Below, piece after piece: positions 51,917 to 64,000 of a stretch of 64,000 bases of DNA (position 1 is its first letter; every line of letters begins with the position of its first letter). A program made the translations under genes and the position numbers. Below the pieces are notes generated by a model that was given only the letters and a program-made list of their open reading frames with translations, did no database searches and had not been told where the DNA came from. The stretch is from Pristiophorus japonicus (Eukaryota), in NCBI RefSeq assembly GCF_044704955.1, contig NC_091981.1, positions 80,600,001 through 80,664,000 of the forward strand, in the 5' to 3' direction.

Positions 51917-52655
51917 AGACGACACCCAGTTCTACCTCACCACCATCTCTCTCAACCCCTCCACTGTCTCTAAATTGTCACACTGTTTATCTGACATTCA
52001 GTACTGGATAAGAAGAAATGTCCTCCAACTAAATATTGGAAAGGCCAAAGCCATGGTCTTCGGTCCCCACCACAAACTTTATTCCCTAGCCACTGACTCC
52101 ATCCCACTCCCTGGCAACTGTGAGGCTGAACCAAACTGTTCGCAACCTTCGTGTCATAGTTGACCCACGATGACCTTCCAACCAATTATCCACACCATTA
52201 CTAAGACCACTATTTCCACCTATGTAACATCACCCGACTCCGCCCCTACCTCAGTTCATCAGCTGCTGAAATCCTCATCCTTGCCTTTATTAACTCTAGA
52301 CATGACTATTCCAATGCACTTCTGGCTGGCCTCCTACGCTCTACCCTGCGTAAACTTGAAGTCATCCAAAACTCTGCTGCCCATGTCCTAACTCGCACCA
52401 TTTCCTGTTCACCTACATCTGCTCCCAGTTAAGCAACGCCTCGATTTTAAAATTCTAGTCCCTAAGCTCTGGAATTCTGAAACCTCTCAGCCTCTCCATC
52501 TCTCTCTCCTCTTTCAAAATGCTCCTTAAAGCCTCTCTCTTTGACCAAGCCCCAATTTCTCCCAGTGTCTCAGTGTCAAATTTTGTATCGCTCCTTTGAA
52601 GCGCCTAGGGGCATTTTACGACATTAAAGGCGCTATATAAATACAACTTGCTGTT
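51917..52655 (+). mobile_element. L2 LINE 3' fragment with internal deletions
   Basis: CLSDIQYW, LQLNIGK and similarity to 41200-41600. Tail GGCGCTATATAAATACAA. Confidence 0.88.
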
Positions 52656-52892
52656 GCCAAATCTCTCCTAATGTTAATAATTAGTCATCAGGGCAGTAGA
52701 GCTCTGTGCTTCTGAACCTCCATTTTGGTGATGTTCTGACTCGAGTCACTGTGCCCTATAACAATATGGATTGAACCCCTACAGTTGGCCGATAACTGGT
52801 TTAGTAATGCTAAATGCATTCTACATAATGTTGAGCCCTACAACTCTCTGTTCCTCCAACTCTGGCCTCTTGTGCATCGCACCCCAACCCTT

Positions 52893-52986
52893 GTGGCTCA
52901 ATTGGTAGCACTCTCACCAGAGTCTGAAGGTTGTGAGTTCAGGTCCTACACCAGAAACTGGAGCACAAAAATTTAGGCTGACACTC
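52893..52986 (+). repeat. tRNA-like SINE head fragment
   Basis: GTGGCTCAATTGGTAGC (A-box-like) and GTTCAGGTCC (B-box-like). Matches the reverse complement of 11080-11165. Confidence 0.7.
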
Positions 52987-53160
52987 AAATGCATGTTAAC
53001 ACCAGGAATGGACTTTTGAAGTGCGTGTTATGCGAGTGGGAACTGGCTTCACTGGGAAAAAAAACTAGGCAGTCAGCTGTTGCGTGGGAGGATACAGGCA
53101 TAAATAAAGAGCACTACTAATTGCTAGGAGCAGGGCCTGAGACTCAATTGGGCCAGGAAG

Positions 53161-53408
53161 AACATAAGAATTAGGAGAAGGAGTAGGCCATACGGCCCCT
53201 CGAGCCTGTTCCAAGTCCCCCATAATTATTGCATTACCTTTGTTACCAGCTCCTATTATTTGTTGATTAATACTCTGCCCAATGGTATAGCTGTTGTTCG
53301 GGGGTCTATAAACTACTCGAGTGTTTTCTGCCCCTTGCTATTTCTTATCTCCACCCATACTGATTCTACTTCCTGATCTTCTGAGCCAAGATCCTTTCTC
53401 ACTACTAT
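53161..53408 (-). mobile_element. CR1 remnants: a 3' tail joined to an endonuclease-region fragment
   Basis: 53161-53212 is the CR1 tail. 53213-53408 is the reverse complement of EN-region sequence like 18230-18415. Confidence 0.75.
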
Positions 53409-54533
53409 GAGATTGCCCAATGGAACTGGGAACCTTCTTTAAAATTGCTGAGAGCCATGCCTTAAACCCAATGGGGCCAGAAAAATATATATTTTTTTAA
53501 ATATGATTATTGATTTTGTTAAACAGACTACTGAAAATTGACAGCAAACAACTTGAAAATATGAGAAGAGAAAATGCGCACAGTCACTGTAGATGAATAT
53601 GCAAATATCTAAAGCACCATTAGCATTATTCATTTTTTGATCTTTGCCAACCAGTATAACATACTTCATCCATCTGATTTATTGCTTGGAGTAATTAAAG
53701 ACATTTTTCCCCGAACAGGAAACCAAAACTTGTGGTGGAAAACACAGCGGTGAATTTATTTCAAGTAGAAAGCCCCTTTATGATCATAATATTTCCATGT
53801 ACCAAGATCTCTGTCAGAACATGTATGGTTCCCTCAACAGAAATCACATGCAACTATTCCTTTCAAGTCACACTTCTTTTCTAATGTTTTCAAAGGACCT
53901 ACTGAAGCAGTTTCTAATTCACTGGCCATTTCAAGAAATATTAAAAACATGAATCGGCTTAATGATTGAAAGCTCAGATAATTGCATTTTTTATTCACAA
54001 CTGTCTTATTAGTTGATCCCAAGGCTGTCCCATCCGCATACCTAGCTTATATTGCGGAGCCACGTACTGCAATGTGGCAAACCTGCCAGTGCTCTGAATT
54101 CATCCTATTCATAATATAGGAAAGCAACATCTAAGCAACTGCATACACAAGATTCCAAATGAGCAATTATTCAAAAATTGTGGTTGAAACCGGGGGAAAT
54201 CAGCGATGTTTTCTATATAGGTCAGTAATGAGAAGGATCAACCATCAGTAGCTAGAACAAAATGGTGGCCTGAGCATTCAGCTCATCGCACTAAAACTAC
54301 ACCTCATTCTGACCAATCGCAGATGGAATTGGCTAAATAAAGATGGATACAACTCCCTATAGGTTTTCAATTTTTCAATGCCAATTAGACTTGGAACAGG
54401 GTAAAATGACATTATTACTAAAATGAAAATGTCTAGTTCAAAATAAAATTATGGACCAGCCTAAATAAAACTTCAATTTCATATCTGCAGCAATATCCAC
54501 CAAACTATGGAGGAGTGTAATTACACACATGTT

Positions 54534-55446
54534 GGGCTCAATTTTCCCCAAATTACCTGCACCGTTTTTTTGTAAATTAAAATTTCCAAGTTTCCCCAAC
54601 GTTTCTGCGCCAGCGTAATTCACTTAGGTTAGTTTTTTTTAAGGCTACGAATTTTTTTATTTCATTGGGGGCGTAACCTGCCACCCGCGCCAATTCTGGC
54701 TATGTATGCAAGCTTGGCCAACTCCAATTTTTCTTAAGACGGAGTATGTGTCCACTCTGAAAAGCCTTCTGGGCAGTTAACAAAATCAGCGCAGGTAAGA
54801 GAGTCAGCGCAGAAGATCCAGTTCCAGGCTGGGACAGCAGTGGCAGGAAGGGAGTGTGTGTAATTATAACCTCTTTTACTTAAGGGTTCTGTAGTACTGT
54901 AACAATCTCCTTTTTGTCTTTAATCTTGAATTAACTTTAATCTGGGGCTTTTGGTCTGGTCTGTCCACCCTTTTGGCCTGGGCTAGGAGCGGTCCCGGCT
55001 CCGCAGGGGGCGGGGCCTTTCGGCCTGAGCTAGGAGCGGTACCGGCTCCGGGGGAAGGCCTCTTGCCCTGGGCCAGGAGCGATACTGGCTTCGAGGGGAG
55101 GGAGGCCTTTTGGCCTGGGCTAGGACCGTCGCCGGTCACTTACAGGGAGGGGGCCTTTCCAATTCAGTTTACTTTTGGCACAAATACTCTAATATTTTCA
55201 TGTTGTTATGCTGCAAGGTGCTTGTGCAGGTTGCTGTGAGCTGGCCAGAACTCAGCCCTCAGTGTATCCCTTGTTACCCTGGCAACCCAATCTTTTTGGC
55301 GCGCATCTTAGGCTCCACCCACAGAGCTTAAGGACAATGCGCACCAGGCCACATTCACAAGTTAAAACGGGAAAATTTTCAACTTTTTGGGGGGCATATT
55401 CAGGCCCCAAATACGCCAAAAAATGGGACTGGGAAAAATTGAGCCG
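54534..55446. mobile_element. Non-autonomous PIF/Harbinger element with an internal ~48-bp repeat
   Basis: Ends GGGCTCAATTTTCCCCA / TGGGAAAAATTGAGCCG, the same TIR type as 21198. Flanks GTT / ATT. Four GGCCTGGGCTAGGAGCG-type units at 54970-55160. Confidence 0.85.
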
Positions 55447-55551
55447 ATTGTTTTACACATGGAGAGAATTAGCTACAGAGCAGGATAAGGATTTTTTTTT
55501 TTTTTAATTCATCACATTTCTGTTAATGGTGGTTATCATCACTTGCAAGAT

Positions 55552-56377
55552 GGGCCAATTTTCCACATGGCCGATTTTTGGCGCAGTTGTAGAGGTAAGC
55601 CCGATTTTTTAGTGGCCGACTACGCCAAAAAAAGTTCCAAGTTTCGCCGAGATAAGCTTTCATTTTGAAGCGGCGCAGATTGTCCTCAAGCTCTGTGGGT
55701 GGAGCTTAAGGTCTGCGTCAAAAAACTGAAGTTGCCAGGGTAACGAGGGACACATGAAAGGCTGAGGCTACAAAGTGAAACATACAAGATGCAGCAAAAC
55801 AGATGCAGGTACATATTACCATTGCCAAGATCGCTTCACTTTTGTTTATTGGAAGATTATAGTGACAAACTAGCATACTCTGCAATATTTCTTTAATTTT
55901 AGCTGAAACGGGCCTAATGAAACGAAAGTCATTCCACACACAATTGCACATTAGGTTATTGCTTTTTTGTAGAGCCCCGGTGCCGAATGCCGCCACCTGC
56001 CGCTGCTATCCACGGCCAAAATGCCTCCCACCCCAGGTATCGGTGTCGCTCCCTATCCTGGTCTGAAAGGCCCCCCGCCCCCGGTGCCGTGTCTTGAGCT
56101 TTGCTAAAACAATGGCGTCTGCTCTGCGCCAATTTTCTTAAGTGCAGGTAGGGTGTTTCAGAATGGTGCACTGCGCCGTTTTTGAAAAAATCCTACTTGG
56201 CCATACTCACTAAAATGGCCAGAAATGGTACAGCCGGCAGCCCCAGTGACGTCAAAAAAATCGGGAACTAAAAAAATCAGCCCCATGTAGTTTAGGAGGG
56301 CGCAGAAACCGTGGCAAAACTTACAGATTTTAGTCTGCTCAAAAAAACAGCGTAGAATGGTGGCAAAAATTCAGCCC
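55552..56377. mobile_element. Older non-autonomous Harbinger element, inverted relative to 54534-55446
   Basis: Ends GGGCCAATTTTCCAC / TGGCAAAAATTCAGCCC. The block GTTGCCAGGGTAACGAGGGACAC (55731) is the reverse complement of about 55262-55287. Confidence 0.7.
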
Positions 56378-56658
56378 GCAGTTACTGCAAGAAAAAACAA
56401 TTGAAACAAAACAAGACTGATTTCCATTATGTTTAGGAACTTGCACGTCGAACTCTTCTAGAAGATTCAGCTCCACAGATACAACCAGCTGGAATTACTC
56501 AGATGAAACATTCACACACAAAGTGGCACACATAACCAGCAGAAAGAATGCCAAATTCCCCAAATCTGACAAGACTAAGGCCCAAATATTTGATATCACT
56601 TTTAGGAACTGCTAATAGCTTGTAGCTATGGATTGTCCAACTGTAAACATTCTGAATT

Positions 56659-57073
56659 ATAGAAATTTACAGCCGGAAGGAGGCCATTTTGGCCCTTGTG
56701 TCCGTGCCACCCAACAAGTGGCTATCCAACCTAATCCCACTTTCCAGCTCTAGGTCCAGAGTCCTGCAGGTTACAGCAGTGCAAATGCACATCCAAGTAC
56801 TTTTTAAATGTGGTGAGGGTTTCTGCCTCTACCACCCTTTCAGGCAGTTAGTTCCAGACCCCCACCAAGAAATTTCTCCTCAAATCCCCTCTAAACCTTC
56901 TACCAATAACTTTAAATCTATGCCCCTTGATTGTTGACCCCTCTGCTAAGGAAAATTGGTACGTCCGATCTAGGCCCCTCATAATCTTATACACTCAATA
57001 AGGTCTCCCTCAGCTTCCTCTGTTCCAAAGGAAACAAACACAGCCTATCCAATCTTTCCTCAAAGCTAAAATT
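56659..57073 (-). mobile_element. CR1 3' fragment
   Basis: Aligns with 22757-22800 plus 23128-23600. Confidence 0.88.
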
Positions 57074-58791
57074 GTATAAAGCTAAAATTATATAAACATC
57101 TGTTCCCTGTAAACAGTGTTTACATGCCAACTTAAAGTGTTCCTTAGATTCAGTGACCCAACCAATTCTAAAAGTTTAGAAAATCATATGAACATTAAAG
57201 TTGCCCGAAATAACACTTGAAACAAGACTGGTCTATGGCCAACCCAGTTCCAGCATTCCACATGCCATACATAGCTGCAACTTTCAAGCTCAGAAATAGA
57301 TCAGTGTGGTCACTACAATTGTGACAACTGGAAACCCAGATTTGGATCCAAGTCGGTGTGTGCATCTCTGGCCTGGACAATAGTACTGTAACAGCTGAAA
57401 GAACCTGCTTTTCCACCATAAAGATTTAGTGTTCTAGTAAATTTTATTTTCTAGTAAATTTGAGGAGGGTACAATATCTACCACATACTTATCTATGCTA
57501 GTAATGGATGTCATAAGCCTGCTAACCAGAGAGCACAGCTGGAAAGTTGGCCATTATATTTCAAGCACATTGTGGATCACGTATGTTTAATCAGTCTCAA
57601 AAATGTTAGCTTTGTAAATGTATAATTAGTGGCACTTTACTCAAAACATACACAGAGGGAACACAAAGTACATCAAACACAAAAGAATGTCATGAAGCTC
57701 CAGTGATAAACAGAATGCTCATTTTATAACTACCTATAGTGGACCTCTGGTGTTCAAGAACCAAAAGGTGTTAAAACTTGGATTTGTAAATCACTTTACA
57801 ATCCTAACAAAATACAGGAGGATCTGTAAAGTTTATCGTTGCTTTAACCCATTAAATAATCACACCAGACTCTCGACTTAAGTAAATAAAAGCATATTCC
57901 GTTTATCTACGAGGCTCACTTATGCTTCTTCAGTGCTGCCCAACAAATTATCCTTAATCCTACTTTCCAGTCAACCCATAAATGGCTATTCCAAAACAGC
58001 ATGAATGAATGCTGCTTCAATGAGAATGAAACTGGAGGAGAAAATGAGAGGCTGCTTCCACTAATGAACATGCTAGCTATCAAAGTCTCAAGCTCCACTG
58101 ACCCTGGGTTAGTTGTGGAATCTGCACGTAATAAAGCTACATAGCGGAGGTAGCAGTATTAGCAAAAAAACTTTTCATAACCTCAGTCATTATCTAGTTT
58201 GCTGCAGGGATACAGAAGAAGCAAAGTTGGGCCCTGGTCCACCAACACTAAGCCATGAAAACCCAAGGGAGGCCAGAGAATTGATGATGGGTAGGAAAGA
58301 AGGATCTATTCCATCATTGCTCTATAGATTCTAGTTTGTATTTTGAACAATTAACTTTTTACAGAATGAAATCCAGCGCAACAAATTCAGCCAGCTGGGT
58401 GGGGGGGGGGGGGGGGGAGGGGGTGACACATATTCTGCTAGGACTGTGGAAGTCACCAAGGTTACAGTACATACACTTGAGCACCACTTTGGAATGCTCA
58501 CCTTAAGCATTCAAATTGCTTTTTATTGGATATATCAAAATAAAATCCTTATAAATACTTTCAAAACTGCAAAGCATCTAAAATAAACAGCATTCAGAGA
58601 TAGCATATTACACATATACATATGTATATTACAGTGCAGAAAATGCTATTATTCATAAATCCAAATGTAATAATACTCAATAATACAATGGGATGCAAAG
58701 TTCATTATATTCAACTCCTTCAACTAGCATGAGCCTATAATAAGAGTGCCGAGTCACATATATTAAGATTAGTGAGTTTGGACAATGAACC

Positions 58792-59054
58792 TGTTATGTA
58801 TGCATGCCAACAATGTTATGATGTACTGCAACACTGAATGTATCTTCACCCTGTATACACCTTACCTGTACACCAGAGGGTGCTGCTGATGGAGACGCAA
58901 GAGTCACCTGCATATTGCAGGTAACCCAGTATAAAAGGGAGCTCACCTCTTGGTGTCCTTACTCTAGGAGCTGTAATAAAGGACTACAGTCTTCACAGAT
59001 CAAATGCCATAATCCTGCCTCGTAGAGTGATTAACAGTGCCTACATATACAATA
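58792..59054 (+). mobile_element. Solo LTR (263 bp)
   Basis: Starts TGTTATG and ends TACAATA (degenerate CA). 5-bp TSD GAACC (58787-58791, 59055-59059), TATAAAA at 58930 and AATAAA at 58975. Confidence 0.82.
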
Positions 59055-59317
59055 GAACCAGTGCCAACTTCTTCACCTACATTTGTTTATCTCCTAAATA
59101 CGCTGGTAAAAGCTTGAAAGTAGTTTTAGGATTAATTCAAACAAAGAACGTGTTTCATGCTGTGCCTTGAAATTATTGTACTATAATAAAGCTCCATTAC
59201 AAAACTATAACTTCAAGCATAGTTACAACTGAAATTTTGAAAATAAGACAACTTAAAAAAGTGAGGTTTGGCATTAGGGTCTGAACATGAAATAGATATG
59301 GTTGCACTAAAAAAAAT

Positions 59318-59812
59318 AATACAGAACAGGAGACCATTTGGCCCATTGAGTCTGCAAAGGCACTTTCGAAGAACAATCCAGTTAATTCCACACCCCCGTT
59401 CTTAGCCCATTTCCTGCAATTTTTTCTCCAAAGTATTTATCCAATTCCCTTTTAAAGGGTATTATTGAAGCTATATCCACCACCCTATCAGGCAGTGCAT
59501 TCCAAATCCTAACCACCCAGTGCGTGAAAAAGGTTTTCTTCGTGTTGCCTCTGGTTCTTTTGCCAATCGCCTTAAATTTATGCCCTCGGGTTATGAACCC
59601 TTTCAGCCATTGGAAACAGCTTCTCTTTATTTACTCTATCTAAACCCTTCTTGATTTTAAACACTGCGATCAAATCTTCTCTTCGCCTTCTCTGCGCTAA
59701 GGAGAACCCCATCTTCTCTAGTCTATCCACGTAACTGTAATCCCTCATCCCTGGAATCATTCTGGTAAATCACTTCGGTACCTTCCAAAGCCTTCATGAG
59801 CTTCCTAAAGTA
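59318..59812 (-). mobile_element. Decayed CR1 3' fragment
   Basis: ORF 59578-59760 (-) reads MIPGMRDYSYVDRLEK...DLIAVFKI. The 3' UTR is at the left. Confidence 0.85.
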
Positions 59813-59991
59813 TTACAATTAACTAGAACTTCACAGTCAACCCCTGTACAGTCACACATTGTGACTTCAACTGTCCGTGGGTGCTCGGAATTATTTCAAA
59901 TCACCGCACACTGCAATTATAACAAACTCAGCACACACAAATCCAAGTTACTAGGAGTATTAGCAGTAAGTAGTGTTATAACATATTAGGA

Positions 59992-60363
59992 GCAGGAGCA
60001 GCAAGAGACTGTGGAGGGACGTGATCAGGGCCCAGGAGAGGCGGGAGTTCAAGTACAGGGGCAGCATGGGCCAGCCCACACTGTGATATGTGTCACACTA
60101 GGTCCGTGCAGCAGAGCAGGTCTCCAGTCGTCTTGGGTAATCCTTGCTACTGGACCAAGACCTAGCTCTGTGAAGCTGGTGTGGTGGCTGGTGTGCAACG
60201 GCCACAACATGATAAAAAAAATCCACGCACAGGCATCTTCCACCATTCAGGATGTAGTTCAGGAGCTGGAATTTTAGGTCCTTCATTGGAACACCTGTAC
60301 TTATCTTTTTTTGGTGTGGAAGCAAGTCATCCTCGTTTCGAGGGACTGCCTATGATGATGATG
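59992..60363 (+). mobile_element. Non-autonomous retroelement with RTE-type tail (second copy)
   Basis: 12-bp TSD AACATAT(T/C)AGGA at 59980-59991 and 60364-60375. The tail matches RTE 43200-43246 and the body matches 5143-5575. Confidence 0.9.
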
Positions 60364-61369
60364 AACATATCAGGAAGAGTTAAAAACAATCTGGCACACA
60401 CTGGAATCAACTATGCCGAATAATAAAGATACATTCATGATTATCATCTGCTTACTTCATCATTTAGTACAGGTTTCTTTTCACAACTATATGATCAATG
60501 ATTAAAGTTCCAGTTGCTAATGTTGGTTTAAAAATCAAATATTCAAGGTTCTGTCTGAAGTACACAATACATTCTAGAAAATTTAATGAGTGTACATTAC
60601 ATTACATCAGAATTTTAGATCCGATTATACGGAGAGTCCATCAAACATCAGCAATTTCCTTAGCCCCAGGAATTGATGTTCTCTTGAGACTAATTTCAAT
60701 GAGAGCGCTCCACTTTCTGGTTGTTTTGCCAGAAAAGAAAGAGGGATTTAAAGATCCACTCTCCAAAACTTTGGGAACAGCAGCAGGAGCAGACAGATAT
60801 GAGAGAACCGGCGGCAGCAGAGCACTTCAATAAAGCCCGAGGCTCGAGGCCCAGACCGAGCTAGTTGGAAACAGCAGCAGGAGCGGACAGACCTGAGAGA
60901 ACCGGCGGCAGCAGAGCGCTTCAATAAAACCCAAGGCTCAAGGCCCAGACCGAGCTAGTTGGGAGCAGCAGCTGGAGCAGACGGACTGCTTTCGAATCAA
61001 GAGTTCGAAAAACATCAGGGAAAAAAAAAATCGAAGTGTTCGTGAGAGGCGGGAGTTCGAGAAGGCAGCAGCTAATAAAGGCCCAGCAGTTGGGTATCTG
61101 GGGAGTTCGTGAGAGGCGGGAGTTCAAGGAAGCAGCGACCTATAAAGGCCCAGCATTCAGATATCCAGGGAGTTCGTGAGAGGCGGGAGTTCAAGGAGGC
61201 CAGCCGGTGCAGCTGCAGCAGGGAGGCAAAAAAAAGAGGTAGAAAGAAATCGAAAGGTGACATCACAGCCAAGGGGGTAAGTGATTGGCAAGTAGTTTTT
61301 CTTTTTCTTTATCAGTAAGTAACCTTTAGCATTGTTGTTGCCAAATTAAGCTAATCTAAGGGTTAAGTC

Positions 61370-62325
61370 ATGGCAGGAGAGCTCGGACACGTGTTATGCT
61401 CCTCCTGTACTATGTGGGAAGTCAGGGACGCTTCCGGTGTCCCTGACGACTACATGTTTAGGAAGTGCATCGGCCTGCAGCTCCTGACGGACCGCGTTGC
61501 GGCGCTGGAGCTGCAGGTGGATGTACTCTGGAGTATCCACGATGCTGAGAATGACATGAATAGCACGTTTAGTGTGTTGGTCTTACCGCAGGTAACCGGT
61601 ACACAGCCAGATAGGGAATGGGTGACCAACAGGAAGAGCAGTGCAAGGAAGGTAGTGCAGGGGTCCCCTGCAGTCATCCCCCTGCAAAACAGATACACTG
61701 CTTTGGGTACTGTTGGGGGGGGGGGGGATGACTCATCAGGTTAGGGCAGCAGCAGCCAAATTCATGGCACCGTGGGTGGCTCTGCTGCACAGGAGGGCAG
61801 GAAAAAGAGTGGGAGAGCTACAGTGATAGGGGATTCAATTGTAAGGGGAATAGATAGGCGTTTCTGCGGCCGCAAATGAGACTCCATGATGGTATGTTAC
61901 CTCCCTGCTGCAAGGGTCAAGGATGTCTCGGACCGGGTGCAGGGCATTCTGAAAAGGGAGGGTGAACAGCCAGTTGTCGTGGTGCATATAGGTACCAACT
62001 ATATAGGTTAAAAAACGGGATAAGGTCCTACAAGACGAATTTAGGGAGCTAGGAGCTAAATTAAAAAGTAGGACCTCAAAAGTAGTAATCTCAGGATTGC
62101 TACCAGTGCCACGTGCTAGTCAGAGTAGCAATCGCAGGATAGCTCACATGAATATGTGGCTTGAGGAGTGGTCCAAAAGGGAGGGAATTCAAATTCCTGG
62201 GACATTGGAACCGGTTCTGGGGGAGGTAGGACCAGTACAAATCGGACAGTCTGCACCTGGGCAGGACCGGAACCAATATCCTAGGGGGAGTGTTTGCTAG
62301 TGCTGTTGGGGAGGAGTTAAACTAA
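61370..62325 (+). pseudogene. CR1 ORF1 (zinc finger / leucine zipper + SGNH esterase-like domain), disrupted
   Basis: CSSC...RKC, LTDRVAALELQV, VIGDSIVRG (about 61823), VVVHIGTN and D.LHL. In-frame stops. Confidence 0.9.
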
Positions 62326-62499
62326 CATGGCAGGGGGATGGGAATCTATGCAGGGAGACAGAGGGAAGTAGAATGGGGGCAGAAGCAAAAGATAGAAAGA
62401 AGAAAAGTAAAAGTGGAGGGCAGAGAAACCCAAGACAAAAAGCAAAAAGGGCCACATTACAGCAAAATTCTAAAGGGGCAAAGTGTATTAGAAAGACAA

Positions 62500-64000
62500 G
62501 CCTGAAGGCTCTGCGCCTCAACGCGAGAAGTATTCGGAATAAGGTGGACGAATTAACTGCGCAGATAGCAGTTAACGGGTATGATGTAATTGGCATCACG
62601 GAGACATGGCTCCAGGGTGACCAAGGCTGGGAACTCAACATCCAGAGGTATTCAACAGTTAGGAAGAATAGACAGAAAGGAAAAGGAGGCAGGGTGGCAT
62701 TGTTGGTTAAAGAGGAAGTTAATGCAATAGTAAGAAAGGACTTAGCTTGGATGATGTGGAATCGGTACAGGTGGAGCTATGGAATACCAAGGGGCAGAAA
62801 ACGCAAGTGGGAGTTGTGTACAGACCACCAAACAATAGTTGTAAGGTTGGGGACAGCATCAAACAAGAAATTAGGGATGCTTGCAATAAAGGTACAGCAG
62901 TTATCATGGGTGACTTTAATCTACATATTGATTGGGCTAACCAAACTGGTAGCAGTGTGGTGGATGAGGATTTCCTGGAGTGTATTAGAGATGGTTTTCT
63001 AAACCAATATGTCGAGGAACCAACCAGGGAGCTGGCCATCCTAGACTGGGTGATGTGTAATGAGAAAGGACTAATTAGCAATCTTGTTATGGTCACTCTT
63101 CCCCTAGGGGTCTCGCACAACATGGTAGAATTATTTATTAGGATGGAGAGTGACACAGTTAATTCAGAAACTAGGGTCCTGAACTTAAGGAAAGGTAACT
63201 TTGATGGTTTGAGGCGTAAATTGGCTCGAATAGACTGGCAAATGATACTTAAAGGGTTGACGGCAGATAGGTAATGGCAAACATTTAAAGATCACATGGA
63301 TGAACTTCAGTAATTGTACATCCCTGTCTGAAGTAAAAATAAAACGGGGAAGGTGGCTCAACCGTGGCTAACAAGGGAAATTAAGGAGAGTATTAGATCC
63401 AAGGAAGAGGCATATAAATTGGCCAGAAAAAGCAGCAAACCTGAGGACTGGGAGAAATTTAGAATTCAGCAGGAGGACGACAAAGGGTTTAATTAAGAGG
63501 GGGAAATTGAGTACGAGAAGAAGCTTGCCAGGAACATAAAAACTGACTGCAAAAGCTTCTATAGATATGTGGAGAGAAAAAGATTAGTGAAGACAAACAT
63601 AGGTCCCTTGCAGTCAGATACAGGTGAATTTATAATGCGGAAACAAATAAATGGCAGACCAATTGAACAAATACTTTGGTTCTGTCTTCACGAAGGAAGA
63701 CACAAATAACCTTCGGGAAGTACTAGGGGAGGGTCCAGTGAGAAGGAGGAACTGAAGGATATCCATATTAGGCGGGAAATTGTGTTAGGGAAATTGATGG
63801 GGTTGAAGGCCAATAAAACCCCGGGGCCTGATAGTCTGCATCCCAGAGTACGTAAGGAAGTGGCCCTAGAAATAGTGGATGCATTGGTGATCATTTTCCA
63901 ACAGTCTATCAACTCTGGATCTGTTCCTATGGACTGGAGGATTGCTAATGTAACACCACTTTTTAAAAAAGGGAGGGAGAAACTGGGTAATTATAGACCG
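62500..64000 (+). pseudogene. CR1 ORF2 N-terminus (APE endonuclease, linker), disrupted
   Basis: LNARSIRNK, IGITETWL, VVYRPP, IMGDFN, EPTRELAILDW and PGPDSLHPRV. Confidence 0.93.

Larger units (their letters stand above)
60771..64000 (+). mobile_element. 5' portion of a full-length CR1 LINE (tandem-monomer 5' UTR, ORF1, start of ORF2), running off the window
   Basis: 94-bp and 67-bp tandem monomers, followed by ORF1 and then the APE endonuclease and the start of RT. Several stops and frameshifts. Confidence 0.95.

Noticed and set aside
52893-52986. tRNA gene
   Set aside because: No cloverleaf. It continues into SINE body sequence.

Overview
This is a repeat-dense, non-coding vertebrate window. 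Its CR1, L2, RTE and SINE families suggest a cartilaginous fish (shark); that assignment is an inference. I could not confidently identify a host protein-coding gene. The window holds many decayed CR1 LINEs, including the 5' part of a full-length copy at 60.8-64 kb, plus L2 and RTE LINE fragments, partner SINE-like elements, two solo LTRs with target-site duplications (TSDs) and TA-flanked MITEs. It also holds a PIF/Harbinger family: one structurally complete two-gene element (35318-40710; DDE transposase plus a convergent 3-exon Myb/SANT gene, both inactivated), a second truncated two-gene element and at least five non-autonomous copies. Two large minisatellites explain the long spurious ORFs. 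The most unusual signals are: (i) repeated short segments copied from templates 0.2-1.3 kb away, plus a 30-bp micro-inversion and a twin-priming-like CR1 inversion; (ii) a non-autonomous retroelement with an RTE tail and a head resembling CR1 5'-UTR monomers; (iii) GC-rich tandem arrays inside DNA transposons. All alignments were done by eye, so boundaries not anchored by a terminal inverted repeat (TIR) or TSD are approximate.
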